64,000 nucleotides of DNA from NCBI GenBank assembly GCA_030704615.1, contig CM060731.1, positions 36,580,001 through 36,644,000 on the forward strand, given 5' to 3'. This DNA comes from Takakia lepidozioides. Taxonomy: Eukaryota > Plantae > Bryophyta. A program made the position numbers and the translations under genes. Numbering within the stretch: position 1 is the stretch's first letter; the number at the start of each line of letters is the position of its first letter. The notes below the pieces were generated by a model that was not told the origin of the DNA, did no database searches, and worked only from the letters and a program-made list of their open reading frames with translations. This document shows, piece by piece, positions 1-13,690 of this stretch.

Positions 1-2334
1 CGAGCCTGCTCTGATCCTCCCAGAGATGTCTGTATCTGGAAAGGACAAGGCTCCATATCCGCCTCCATGAGGCCCAAACCTGCAATAGCAGCTCTGCCCA
101 ACATCAGTGGCTGAGCTCCCGAGTCCAACAAGACCCGCAGTGGCCGGTATTTCTTGCCTGCCGGTCCACTCAAAGAGAAAATGTCATCCTGGTTGTCTAA
201 CAAGACAACTCCAGGTGTCACCATGGCGCGCTCAAAGGCTGGCCTAGCTGGCAGCTCCGTCAACCTGGCAGCTACAGCTTGCCAGGGCGCAGCCGTGGCA
301 GTCTTGACCCTCAAATCGGAGGATCTCTCTGCCACTACACCTTCCACTAACTCCGCAGAAGATGAAGTGACCTCCCCACTCTCGTAGAGTGTTGCTACTA
401 GTCTGAACACTGCAGCTGGTCTTACCCCCGGCGTCGCAATCATGGTTGCTGAGAACAGTGGGGCTTGACACACAGAGGTGGCTGCCCCCAATAACACACC
501 GGCTGCACTAGCCTTGGTAGCAGGTGTCAGTGCTGCACGTGTAGCTCTCCCCAATGGCATAGTACCCTCCGCCTCGGTAACAGTCGGGCGAGAACTAGGT
601 GCCATGGATGGCGTTGACACTGTCTCCGCCAAGGTGAATGACTGAGGCAGCCTTGCCTGACGGCTTGCCTCTCCACGGTGTGGATCCAACTCCACCTCTG
701 CACCTCGTGGCTCAGGAACTCGTGCTGCTCCTCGAGTCACGGCTGCAGCAGACTCCACCTGCTCTAGTGGTAGTGCTGCTCCACACATGAATCCCATGCC
801 TCCCATATCTCCTCCCTCAGGAGCAGGAGGTGGACCATCCCGCCTGGGAGCCGGTACCGCCTGAGCTATAGCCATGGCAGCGAGCCTCTGCTCTAGCTGC
901 TGAAGCCGATTGGCCATGCCTTGGTCAACACCCTGACCTCCGCGTCCTTGGCCATGTGGAGCTTGCCCTTGGCCTGCACCTCGTGCCCGACCACCTCGTC
1001 CTCTTTGGGCTGGTCCACCTCGCCCCCGGCCACCATTATTCCCTTGGAACTGGCCTGGGCGCAACTCAGGATGCAAGTCATAACATTGGGCATCTCCATG
1101 CCCATACTTGCCGCAATGCCCACACTGCAACTGTGCAGGCTGTGCTTGTGCCGGCCTTTTGCCACTCTCTGGGCAATCTCTCTTGACATGGGGTCCTCCA
1201 TATGTCCAACATATCACCCCTGGTTGCTGTTGGCCTGCAAAAGATGTCACGGGCCTCTGCACCTGAGGTCCCCTGTAAGCTCCATGGAACTTGGGCTGGG
1301 CAACCTTGCCCCCCTGACCACGCTGTTGGGCAGTCCCTTGTGCCGGTGGGCTGACAGCTGTGCCCCGTGCAGGCATGTCCTTGCCAAATCCAATTGTAAC
1401 AACTCGCTCTTCCACCATGTTGAGCTCAATCCGCTCAGCCAGCAGAAACACATCTGCTAATGTGGGTTGGGCTGCTTGTAACAAGGTTGCATCTCGCACC
1501 CTTCTCTTGAGCTCCTTGTCCAGAATTCCATACCAAGGTCACACTTATCAAGCGCCTCATACGAGTGTACGCCTCTCGCAGGCTCTCACTGGGTTTGCGC
1601 TGGAAGTCTTGCAAACTTCGCAGCTTCTCTGTCCGTACACCTTGGTAGTTCCTCCGCAACTCCTGGAAGAACTCCACCACCGGGTTGAATCTAGGCACAT
1701 GTGTTGTAGTCGTGGCAGGAGGAGTAGTAGCACCTTTTGAACTGGTACCACCTGCAGAAGTACCAGCACTACTTGCTCCACTACTAGTGCTGGCAGTGGG
1801 AGCTATTGGTACTGATGTAGCTACTGGTCGCGTCGTGCCTCGAGTAATGGAGACGTAGTCAGGTGACCAATACATCCTCCACTCCTCAATCTTTGCTTCA
1901 TGTCCTCGCCTGAACTCGTGGTAATCGTCCATAGGCGGGCCTTCCAAATGCTGGAACAGTCCCTTCCACGCCATGAATGGGGTGAATAGCTGTGGATTGC
2001 GCATCTGCTGCAAATCACACCAGCTGTCGAACTCCTGGATAAAGTCATCCAACTCAATTGTGCCCACAGCTCCAAAGTACCTACGAGGCCCCTTGGTAGC
2101 TCCATACATCTCCTCCATGTCGTCCCACAACAATGGCGAATGAAAGTGCACACCTGTTGATGAAGCCTCCGAGTCTGTGTCTGACTCTACAGTAATTGAG
2201 GGTGGCGGTGAAGGTGGTCTGAACCGAATACCTCGTCTTGTGAACCCACTCTCACTGTTACTGCCTGTAGCTGTACTCCCCTCAAAACCCTTGGGTAACT
2301 CCGTAATGACACTCACAATGTGCACCTCCTCCAC
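1..2334 (-). pseudogene. gag-aspartic protease, frameshifted (family A copy 1)
   Basis: Gag core ELDDFIQEFDSW...EKLRSLQDFQRKPSESLREAYTRMRRL, knuckles CWTYGGPHVKRDC and CGHCGKYGHGDAQC, protease LRVLLDSGAQP at ~110-140. Confidence 0.85.
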
Positions 2335-2574
2335 GTGACACTATAAGGCTCTAGTACTAATCTAATAGTGACACGGGTGGGTACCTATTGCAGTTTAAGG
2401 GTCATATCCCAATGGCTCGGGGCACCTGCACCTGCATCCACCGCAAGAACTCCTATGGTTGGCTGGTCATCAACCCAGCCTCACCATAGAAGAAACACTG
2501 GTGGTCTTGCTGGTCATCACTCCAGCCTCACCACCGACAGCATACTCTAGGATTGACCGGTGATCAAATCCGGC

Positions 2575-3603
2575 CTAATCCCTATGAAAGCAAGCGCCCA
2601 CACAAAACCAACATGGCGCACAGTCAAGCATGCAGGTGTTGGGGGGGATCCAAACACAAGAAATCAAAACATCAACACCCCCACACCAAAATCCAGCTGC
2701 AATGCTGATCCTGCAGAATAGCCCAGCCCAAAACCCCGGACTGACTGGCCTCCACCAAGAGAGGCTTTGGCAACTACAAGTACAAGGTAATGAAAATGGT
2801 ACAGAGATGGAGGGGAAGAATAGAAGCCCGACCAAGCAAGATCTAATCCTGATCCATGCTATCAACTGCCAGACTTCTCTCAAAGTACCTCGCTCTGCAT
2901 GATGGTAAGGTGTAGGAGGTATATCTATGTCCAGAAACCTGCCACTAACCTTGTCCCAAGCTACAGTAGCTCGCTCTAACCAACCCTCCTCCTCTTTCTG
3001 CCAGGTAGAGACAAAGCAATACTCCCCTATCTCCCGCTCACTGAATACTAAAGAAAACAGAGGTAGGGTCTGATAGTCTCTCAACTCGAAAGCTTTGAGA
3101 CGGTTGCGGGTGTCCTCATTGCGAATGACTGCATCTCCTTCACGCACAACAAACATGTCATTGCTGATGAACCTTCGCTCGTGGTTGCCCTGTGCAGAGC
3201 GTATCCGGCTGCAACCATGTCTGATTGCACAAACTTGTGTAGCTCTTGCTCCTCTGCTCCAGTACACCACGGCCTTGTGGCTGAACACCTTGGTCCCCGG
3301 GGCTGTCTTTGGCTGTGTTCCAAGCCTAGCTTTCACCCACTTTGGTATTTCACCTACAGCTGCAGAACTGCTAGCTCCAACAGAGTTCTGACTGTCCAAG
3401 GCGATATTGAGGCCCTCAATGCCAACTACAGCAGTCTGTTGTCTACTACTAATGCCTGACTCCCAGTATGCAATCAACTTGTCCAACTGTTCTCCACTCA
3501 AATCAGTCTGAGTTCCTTGGGAAACATAAATCCTGTCCCCTTGTGTGCACAGGCTAAGAGAAGAGACCTGCCCTTCAATTACGTCCTCATTTCCCCCAGC
3601 CAT
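2575..3603 (-). CDS. Extra ORF upstream of gag in family A, 342 aa, unknown function
   Basis: Open ATG-initiated ORF. The homologous DNA in copy 2 (~48785-50100) is broken by indels. No recognisable domain. Confidence 0.4.
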   Translation of the reverse strand: MAGGNEDVIEGQVSSLSLCTQGDRIYVSQGTQTDLSGEQLDKLIAYWESGISSRQQTAVVGIEGLNIALDSQNSVGASSSAAVGEIPKWVKARLGTQPKTAPGTKVFSHKAVVYWSRGARATQVCAIRHGCSRIRSAQGNHERRFISNDMFVVREGDAVIRNEDTRNRLKAFELRDYQTLPLFSLVFSEREIGEYCFVSTWQKEEEGWLERATVAWDKVSGRFLDIDIPPTPYHHAERGTLREVWQLIAWIRIRSCLVGLLFFPSISVPFSLPCTCSCQSLSWWRPVSPGFWAGLFCRISIAAGFWCGGVDVLISCVWIPPNTCMLDCAPCWFCVGACFHRD

Positions 3604-5749
3604 ACAAGGAGTACCTCCACAGATTTGTCTATCATATAGACCAGCACAGGTTCTAGAAACAGAATTGTGGATCTTTCATGGCACACTCACACTTTAGCAG
3701 AGTCCTAAAAACAAAAACCAGGTCTAGATTGGTAGATTTCCCCTTTCTGCAGCTATCCCCCCAAAAACTGAGTCAAACAGAGCCCATATGACAAAGATAT
3801 GACCAATTAGGCTCTAAATCATTCGAATTAGATCAAAAAGGTTTTTTTTTTTTTTTTAACACCAAAACGTTCTCGCCATTAAAAACTGTTCCCATGTTAT
3901 CTACGGGTTTATCTGTCGGATAAGTGATATCCACACTTGTGCCCTCTGTTCCCTGCAGGTTCCCGATTTTCCATCTGAACAGCCCGTCTCGAGTTCTCCA
4001 CACATGGGCGGGTCTTGGGAAATTACGATGAATACAGTGGCACGCTGAAGCTCAGCAGCAGGTAGACAATGTGTCCGTTAATGTAAAGAGCCTGGCAGAT
4101 CGACAGTTTGAAACGATCAATGCTTCATCTCCTGTTATGCCATTCGCATCAGCCTGCCGTAGATTGTCTGTCAGCCAATATCCGAGTTCAATTGTCCAAG
4201 CAGAAATCTACCAGAAATCTACCAACCGGCTACTGATTCCATAAATACTGGCAACTCCCATTCCGGATCTGTACTCAATGGATCAGTAGAGTGGCTGCCC
4301 TTAGGGCGCGCTTCATCCCAACCAGGGTAATCTGCACTGAAGCCGAGATGACACTTGAAGCGGCTGCTTCCACAATGCTCCCTCTTTGGTGCATTCATTG
4401 TGCTAATCTAGCACTGCCCAAACCACGCCACAACTCTCGTTGGTGCAGGAAGTATGGCTGCCGCATTGCAGGTCTCGGGTCAGGCTCTCCATATCCTAGG
4501 CGTGCATATTGCTGCTGATATTGGGGCTGCCTTCAAATTGACTGCCAATAGGCCCGAACCTGTTTCATTAAAACCGAGACTGTCGAATTTCCGTCCAAAA
4601 AATGCTAGTGGGTATTTGCCATGACAGGCACCTGACAATGTATGAAAGCCCACCATAAAATCCGAATATCTTCAATCAGAAGTTGGAATTCGTAATGGCC
4701 TCCATTCTGGTCTGTTTCATCGCCCCTTTGGCCTGCTTCATGATCAGCTCCTACGCTAACTCAATTTTCCCACGGATTGTAATAGATCCAACTCTTTTCT
4801 TAGAGTTCAAGAGGGTTCAAAAGAGGGGCCTCTTCGGCTAGCTGACAACAGGCATGTGCCCATTGATACTCCGGTCAAGAGTAACACCTGAAAAGCTGAA
4901 TTTGGCAGATCCTAAGTACTTTACATTCCAGTTTTCTCGTTAAGTAACCTGCAGTACTCATACATACTCGACTAACCGTAATAAGGAGCTTAAGGAAGTC
5001 CTGGTGGATCAGGAGGCGGGGGCGAGGGAGGTGATGGACAGCACCTTAATTACGCACTTGCTAGAAAATCTAGCCTGACCCCGTCCATCCCCTTTGCTTG
5101 CTTCCTCGCGATGTGCAGCCAGACAACCTCACATCAACCAGCCCACAACCACTCCTTCATGGTGGCTGGGCTATAGTCGCACACCGACTTCCCACCCATT
5201 GCTAGTAACCATTCCACATGAAAGCCAACGACGGCACAATCTGCCTTCATGCCAGCCTGTCCTTCCTCGCTGACCAAGAAAACCAACGATAGCCAGCCAA
5301 CTTCTCAACTCGGCCTTTACTGATTGCACACCATGATATATGCCATGAACAACTTCACCAAATCGTTTGTCATCAGTACCGATATACCATTGGCATGACG
5401 ACTTGTAGACATGAGCCCATCAACCAGTCCAACACCTTGGCTGCTCACTATGTGTAGGTCTGAAACCATCAGTCTGCTCAGGAATTACCTATAGCATGGT
5501 ATTTTTATCTCTGCAGCTGAAGTCGAAGACCACGGTCCACCTACTCGCGTAACCAGCTGCACCTCCGCTTCTAACCACCAAGACAATGAAGGCTTGCATC
5601 CCAGCCTTGCGAGACAACAATAATGCTGATCGTTTCACCATGCTCGGCTCTCAATCTGCCGCTCAGCCAGTGACCGTTATAAAGGGAGAATACCCATGCA
5701 CTTTTGTGTTACCGCTTTCAACACACACAAAATCCACAAGTGCTAAAAA

Positions 5750-6150
5750 CTAATTAAGCTCACATCTTGCACTCACAGATGCAAACGCATCTCTCTCGAG
5801 TGATAAACAAAGCTAAAAAGGACACACACTCCCAACACAAGAAATATGAAATCCATCGCTATCACTCATTGAAACAGAAGTCGAGCCAGGGGCACCCCAA
5901 GCTATGGGGACTCCACCCCACAACAACCTGTACCCCTACATAAGCACACTCAAACCTAAACGATGCAGGAGCTCGGTCGCGCAGGCTCTCGAGAGATGAG
6001 CCACGCGACTGCCGCTCTCGTGAAGATAAGGCCGTTCAGGTGTCAAACTAAACTTGACACCTGATTTAACACTTGACCTAAATCCAAGTGTTAAATACAA
6101 TAACTAGCTTTATTCTAGTTGTTTTCACACTGTGCTTATTTAACTTGACA
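5750..6150 (-). repeat. Family A terminal (LTR-like) repeat with three hairpins
   Basis: Homologous to 46915-47346 and more distantly to 28077-28397. TG terminus. Confidence 0.75.
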
Positions 6151-7011
6151 GGAACACCAGACATATTGTAGGTATTGGTCTTGCACCAAGGATGACCATC
6201 AAACTTGCGGTCCATGCCTTGGAGGGACTGTGAACCACGGTCCGTACGTAGTTTAACCACGGTCCGTACGTAGTTTGACCACGGGGGGGAGTTCGTGGAT
6301 CACTTTTCCATCAAAAGCTCGAGGAAGACACCGAACACGATGCACTGGAATGTGACTATAGTCCAAGGTAGAAAGCTCTCCTTTTGATCCATTCCTCCGA
6401 GCAATGGCCAAGATACTCAAAATGGACAACACACCAGAAGGAAATGCAGATGTAGCCTCCCCTGCTAGTCGTGGAGATGAAGATAAACCCCTCGCAGATT
6501 CGCAACAATCAGACGTGGTGTTGTCCAATGGAGTTTTCCGAGGCTTCATGTCGTGAAGCAAGACCGTATGAGCAGATGAGGAAGGTTGAGATCCACAAAA
6601 TACACTCTTAGAAACCTCAACACAATCCGAATTATGAGACCCCAAGCTCGCCGAATCTGCAACCTCCTCCTTCAATTTACAACTCCCATTTGTCGCAGCT
6701 TGATCGTTCTTTCTTGCAATAGAAGTGTGCCTCTCATCATGTGACTGTGTATAGCTCGTACCTGTGACACGGTACTTGGAGAAAGTGTCTGGAAACAACT
6801 CCCATTGCTTTTGGCCGTCATTGAAAACTGGAAGCAACACTGTGGAGGCATCATCATCTCCATCATCCTCCCAAAAAACTGAACCCGGAACAAGTTTGAA
6901 TCTATTGCATAACCAAGGTTCTGGGATAATGCACTTGTTTCCATTGCAAGGATAACGAACCACTTTTGCATCAGGTGGACATGAAAGCACTGCATATTTT
7001 GGTGTAGACAT
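6151..7011 (-). pseudogene. N-terminal part of Mutator-like transposase (copy 1), truncated by the family A element
   Basis: ORF 6253-7011 matches 21681-22440. A 22-bp tandem duplication at 6233-6276 shifts the frame. Sequence ends at ...YNMSGVP, the junction with TGTCAAG. Confidence 0.85.
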
Positions 7012-8077
7012 TTGGCAATGCCCTCAAAGTTTGAGAGAAGATGCAAAATGAATGAAAGCGCACATCTTGCAAGACCTTATGCAAATACATTAAATGGCTT
7101 ACATTACTTATGTGTATCATCAATCCAGAAGGTCCAAAATTTTTGAGGCATGTGCTCCATCCATATTATTCTCTGACAGAAACAACTAAATGGACTATCC
7201 CCTATTTTTAAGACGACGGCGCCGTTGTTGAGATCTTAGAATCCAATGTATTGCCTTCTTCTTATGAGCATATGAAACATAAATGCTCTGCATGTTTCCA
7301 TTTATTTTACAACCAATCGTTGATTAATCGTCCAACTATGAACTGACACACTAGACGGCACAATTTATTTACAATCAAATCCCATGACATGTATGTTGAT
7401 TTGTTCTTTGATTACTCATGTATGAGTAATGAGTACAAGTATTTGTGGCGACAATTGGCTCTAAAACCAATAAATTGATTAAGACACCCATAACAAAATA
7501 TTTAGTTACTTTATCACTTACTTTATATTGTATTATGAAGGCGCCGCCACAAAGTAACATGTCAATCGTACAACCATCTTCTGAGGATCCACGTGTAACC
7601 CATGTAGTCCAAAAAACACTAACGCTAGAGTGTATAAAAAATGTTCACATTTCAGATTTGGCCAATTTGGCCTTTTTAAGGCCTTAGCCTTCGCCCTCGC
7701 CCCCCTTTCCCGCCGCTCTCCTTGGCGGGGGCAGGTTTGAACCCGCAACCTAGTGGAAAATACACCACAACCTTACCAACAAGCCATGCTCTATTCAATG
7801 AAACAACCTCTACTTTTTTGTTAATAAACTGTTTCTTTTCAGTTAAACTTGTTGCCATTACTACATGACTAACCCGGTATCATTACTACACTAACGTAGT
7901 CTAGTATACTTGCACATTATCCCTTGCCACTCCCCCAAACAAACACACACAAACTACACAAGCACTTAACACGTCTCTAGTCTCTACACCCTGGAGACTC
8001 CCGTTACGAAGAGGAGACGGAGGCGCCGCATCTCGGCCTTATACTATACCACCCCGAGGCAACGAGCTGTTGCGGTG

Positions 8078-11000
8078 ATGGGGAGGAAGAAGGACACTCG
8101 AGGGGGAGGCGTTGTTGGTGGTGGTGGTGGTAGAGGCAAGCTGCGGACGGAGAAGGTAAGCTGTAGTTTTGTTTTTTTTCATGACCTGCACTTAGGCATA
8201 TGCGCCATCGCATAAGCCCCACCAAGCTGCTCCTTATCTAGCACATCCGCCGGCGCAGATGCCTAAGTCACTTCAAGTCTCACAAGTTTGCGAATCTCCA
8301 CACATACACACAACCGTCTCCGCCGGCGGAGACAGCTCATTCCCCTTGGTTTTTTCTGATGCTTGGAAGGGCTGGGCTGCCACCTCCGCCGGCGCATACC
8401 GTTGGAGCTGGGATGCTCGCATGTTTCAGGAAGTGCTCCTCTACTCCCATCCCGTTTATTTTTTTGCATGCTCATACGTTGCTGATGCTCCGAGCGGGTT
8501 GGGCTGGCGTATCCGCTGGCGCATACCTGTGCAGCAGGGCTGCTCAAATGTTTCAGGAAATTCTCCCCTTTTCCATCTTCTTTGTTTTTCCGCATGCTGA
8601 TGCTCCGAGTGGGCTGCGCTGGCATATCTGCAGGCGCATACCCATAGAGTACATTTTTTTTTGCTCAGATCATAGGTTTCAGGAACCTCCTGCAAGCGTC
8701 TCCACCGGCGGAGACACTTGGAGCTTGGTTTTTCTTGCATATTCCCTGTGTTACGGAAGCTCCAAAGCACCAAGGTTGCCACCTCTGTCAACACAGACCC
8801 GTGCAGCAGGGCTGCTCACATATTTCTGGAAGTTCTCCCCCCCTTCCATCTCTTTTGTTTCTCCGCATTCTCATAAGTTGTTGATGCTCCAAGCGGGCTG
8901 GGCTGCCATATTCGTCGGCGCATACCCATTGAGCACAATCTTTTTTTGCTTAGCTCCTAGGTTTCAGGAACCTCATGCAAGCATCTCCGCCGGCGGAGAT
9001 GCTTGGAGCTTGGTTTTTTGTTGTATATTCCTTGTGTTACGTAAGCTCCAAAGTGTCCAGGCTGCCACCTCCGTTGGCACAGACGCTTGGGGAACCTTCC
9101 CTATTTTGGTTGATCACAGTATTCAAGTATCTCAAAGCTTCTACGTTGCCACCTCTACAACTCCACATGCTTCCATAGGCCTAGTTTGATCTTTCAAGGT
9201 GCTCCTGTATGTTTGGCTACAACCTCCCTTCCATAGTATGCGCCGGCGCATATGCTTGGAGCTCTTTGAGCAAAAATTTCTTCAAGGGCCTCAAATCTTG
9301 TCAAATTTTGAGTTGGTTGCACATATGTGTCATATGCGCCGGCGTAGGTGGTCGGAGGTCCTCTGTCGGGATGCTCACGCCTGTATTCTGCTGCAAGTTG
9401 TAAGCTTTGAAAGACAAGGATATTCATGGAATTAGTTGACTATCCAAATTCATTTGTTTTCTTCATGCAACCATGACACTGAACTGCTCTTTTTACATAT
9501 TATACATTCACACATGTGCTCTTCTCATACACTGACATCTTGAACTGTTTTGGTCTATGGAATTAGGAAATTACTACTACAACTGAAGCTGTGGAGGCCG
9601 GGACGCTTGCAACCATTATTGACGACATTGATGCAGGGAATTGGGGGGCAGATGAGTATGAAGAGGATAAACATCTAGTGATCCTCTTTCTCTAGATGCC
9701 AAACAGGCAATTATTCTGGAAAAGAAACAAGATCTGAATGTAACTTTCAGGTCCCTCCTCATTGAGGATGGAGTTATGGACATTCCATTGTGTCGCATGA
9801 TTTCTATGTAGGTTGTTTGGCCCGCCCTTGCCAACGACATCCTAAAGCTTAGAGGAGACTTCTATTCTGGATACCATCCAGGAGCAGCCGTGTTCTATGT
9901 TTCTGTTGAGGGGATTGATGGATCTACTCTAGATGTAGGTCCTGATATCATCTCTACATGGGATAGTCATTGGAAAACAGTCAATGATGAGTTTGAGAAG
10001 TATCTTGAGTCCAAGCCAAAGTTGCATCATCTTCGGGGGAAGATGTTTCATGTCTGGGATGGGAATCATAGGCTTCAAGCATGGTATCCCTATATCAATG
10101 AAGTTCATGGGGCCAACTTGTCAAGACATGTCTGTGTGACAAGTTGGGTGCTCAATGCGGACATTGAAAATCGTGGTTCCCTCAGGTCCATCATGGATGG
10201 AGTGAATGTGTGAGTTTCCTTTCTATTCTTCATTTACTTTCATGTTCAATGTTGTCATGTTCTTGCTCAATGGATGTACATATACACATCTTCTTTCTAA
10301 TGATCATATTTTATATGTGCAGGGCAACAGAGAGGGCACATGTTACATCCAAATTTGTGCACTTGGTTTGCAAGGTCAATATGATTGGCCTTACACCTGT
10401 CTCTGAATGGAAGAATGTATTGAGGAAAGAGCAATACGACGAATGCATCAAGAAAGCAGGAAAGACTTGGTATAACCTGACAGTCCATGCAATGACAGAG
10501 ATTTTGTACAAGGTAACATCATGTCTTAACCAAGTTTCATTCTTTGCATCCATAGACAAGATTCACCTCTGGTTCATGTTATGAACTGTTTTGGTTCTTT
10601 TGGCAGCATGATATTGTTGAGGCCCAACGCATGGCGGGGGAAGCTTACAAACTTGCTGAGGGGCCAAAGAGTCAAGAGGGCCTTGAAGATACAATGAGAC
10701 AGGCTGGATTGAAAGCAAGGGAGCAACACAAGAGTCAGCTTGTGAAGTTGCTTCCTATTGCTGATCCAACCCTTCGAGAGGGGTTTCTCCAAGAACTTAA
10801 ACTGCATTGGTCACGTGTAAAGGCAGGATCAGAGGAAATGACCCAAGAGAAAATGGTGAACATTGCTACCGCCCGGGTGGATCCTGAAGAAAAGGTGGAA
10901 TGGCTACATATATGGAATGGAGACCAAACACTTCACGACCGTAATTTTTTTCCACCCGGGCCTATCAGTGGGCCAACACTTGATCCTTGGCTGAATAGAA

Positions 11001-13690
11001 GGACTTTTTGGTGGCAGGTACATATACAATCACTATCTTCTCAATGCAATTAATTCATTTTGTTGATGACACATTAACATAGTTATTTAACTGACTGTAT
11101 TTTCTGGCAGCTTCGCAAGGTTGCCTTGGCTCAGTTTGCTTTGTACACCACTCAGCTTGGCCAATTTCATGTTGCCTTGGAGGAAGGAGAGAGTGAGAGT
11201 CTAGGAGACTACATGGATACATGGAAGATGACTCATTTCAATGAGTTGTTTCATAGAGAGTTCTCATTGCCAAAGGGGCCATTCAGAGGCAATGATTGGG
11301 AACAACAAACAGGTGGGGAGAAGGTGGTGAGACGGATTTTATTCAGGTATCATCTTTCCATTGCATTGTACATGGATAGTTTATACACCTTGTAAGTCAA
11401 AAATGTCTATGCTTCAAGTATTTTTCTAGTACATTGGGATATACATGTTTCTTAATGTGCTTGTTCAATTGTTGAACAGGTTGCATAAATATTTGTCTCC
11501 ACAATAACTTTGAATGTGTTTGTATTTTAGGTACATGAGATTTGTGCTTGTACCGAGTGATCGACTTAAGGCTGAGCCCAAGTTTCTGATGGCCTTGAAG
11601 TTTGGTGCTCAACAAGCTTCCATGTACACACCTGCAATTAACGAAGATTGGGGTGTGGAACACCGGGAAGGGGGGGTTGGTATTTGGATATGCCCAAGGG
11701 TACTATCCCCTATACAGAAATGGGACTTCATAAGGAATGTGTTCGCAGGCAGTCAGTCAGTGATGAAGGGGGTATCTCCACTGAAGTCCATGTTCTTGAT
11801 CTGGAGCATGCAGAACAGATTGCTACACACGCTGTAGCCGAAGTGGTCCCTGCCGTTGTGGGTGTACCAAAACGCAAATCACGAAAAAGAAAATGTGCGG
11901 ATGTCAATGCAGGTGTGGCTTCTATTGCTGGTCCTATTGGTAGTTCTTCACATCCTTCAAATCAGTTGGTTGTAGTGCCTGCACCTACTACTCGAGGAAA
12001 CAAGCCAAAGGCAGGCGAACATCCTTATAGTGCAGTGTCATTTTCTGGTGGTGCACCTAGCATGTATCGCATGAAGATCATGCCTACTCATTTCATTGAT
12101 ATGGTGGAGGCCTCAAGTACATCTCCTGATGCGACCTTGAAAGAGCTCATGAAGTTCTTAAAAAATGTGAGTTTCCCCCAACAAACAAACTTGAATGTAA
12201 GGAATTCTTCAATGTTTTTATATCCTCATCATCCGGCTATTGACTCCTATATTTTCTGTATGTTGTTTGCAGTTGCCAGGAACTTGGTCTAGTGTTGTGG
12301 ATGGAAAAAGTGTGCATGTGGCTGTGGACATGATCATCGTGGACTGCCCAACAGGAATGCCTGTACAGGGCTGTTTGGATGGTGTACAGGTTCCTCCCTG
12401 GAATGCTTTTGATAAACGGTATTGGGAGTATGCATTCTCCATTGCTAATGACCTGTTGGATGACAATGGATGCTTGGTGTTCTTGCAGGGCTCCGATGAT
12501 TCATTTGCATTGGAGCTCTTTTCTTACTCCAGGGGCAGCTCTATTTCCGTATTATCAAGGAAATATACTTGCATCAATACCACCCCTCTATACACTCAGA
12601 CAGGAAAGGTAAAAATCATCCCTATTCAATATCTCATTGTTTGATGTTTCATCTTCCTACTCTCATACATATTATTAAACCATCCGGGTGCACTGTTTTT
12701 GTGGAAATGGCACGTCTAACAGACCATGTTCTTCCATGCCCATGTCCTCACCAAGCAAGGAGGACTATTCAAACTGCGTGAGTCTGGCAAAGTTGTGGAC
12801 CCCCTTGCAGACCCTGTTGAGTTGGATGCCATCTACAACCACATTCCAGATGTTGCACTACCCATGCAAACTCCTCAACAAGCCTGGAGGGGTGCGCGAG
12901 ACCGTAGTCCCGCCTTCATGCAAGTGTTGTTGGAGACATGCTCACCTCCTGGCTCCCGCATTTTGGATCTCACAGCTGGCACAGGTTTGCATTGGTCTCC
13001 ATTTTGTAATTAAAATCTTCTGAGCTGATTCATGATCATTAACTGTTATCCGATATAATATCATCATTGCATGTTTTTTTCCTGCAGGTTCTACATTTAT
13101 TGCTGCCCGCGAGTCTGGACGTCACGTATTTGGTCTTGAGGGGGACCAGACGTTGTATGCAGCACGTCTCTCTGCACTTCAAAATACTCAACCCGTTTTG
13201 GTTTCATCTGTGGTAACTCCAACCATTCAACGTCCTGTGAGTTTGTTGGAACCCCCCGCTCCTAAGGTGGCGCACAAGCTTGGTCTTCATCTCGGCAGTA
13301 CTTCCTAGTGAGTATGTCTCGCCTCCATTCTCTTTGTTGCAATCTCTATATTATTTGCAAAGCAAACCATTCCCATTTGATTTGTTAACATAAGTATACA
13401 TGTATGTGTGATGCAGTGATGGGATTGTGCGGACCATCTACGATAGTCTACCCCAAAGTCCTCTTTCATCGTTTTATCTACCTTCGTATGCCGAGTCCCA
13501 AGCTTTGCATTCAATACATCAACAACGTGATGTAGGTCTTTCCAATGATCTGTTGTTTGACCGAAGAGCAGCTATTGTTGGACAATCCGTGGATAGGTTG
13601 CGTAGAGTTGAGGCTTTCATGGATGTGTATGCCTCTGAATCACAGGCTTATGACACGGATGATGAAGTATCAGCTGATGATGTTATGTAG
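8078..13690 (+). pseudogene. Spliced ParB-like domain + beta-class N6-adenine/N4-cytosine DNA methyltransferase-fold gene, copy 1
   Basis: Inferred exons ~8078-8155 (MGRKKDTRG...TEK|gtaag), 9567-10209, 10324-10512, 10607-11017, 11111-11346, 11531-12166, 12273-12608, 12724-12984, 13089-13308, 13417-13690. ParB-like FHVWDGNHRL (10058). MTase VDMIIVDCPT (12324), LLDDNGCLVF, RSPAFMQVLLETCSPPGSRILDLTAGTG/STFIAARESGRHVFGLEGD. Indel near 9670 and stop near 9809. Confidence 0.8.
8245..9350. repeat. Array of about a dozen CGCCGGCG-core palindromes in degenerate tandem units
   Basis: TCTCCGCCGGCGGAGA (~8317, ~8984), TATGCGCCGGCGCATA (~9237) and variants; mirrored at ~19385-20485. Confidence 0.85.

Larger units (their letters stand above)
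1..6150 (-). mobile_element. Ty3/Gypsy retrotransposon family A, copy 1 (5' part; continues beyond the left edge)
   Basis: Starts TGTCAAGTTAAAT at 6150 on the minus strand, joined directly to transposase sequence. 1-3895 is the reverse complement of ~48458-52672, and ~5750-6150 matches 46915-47346. Contains gag, zinc knuckles and protease. Confidence 0.9.

Noticed and set aside
8259-9435. Long ORFs (276 aa; 335 aa at 19463-20470)
   Set aside because: They are by-products of GC-rich tandem palindromes inside an inferred intron, and the frames differ between the two arms.
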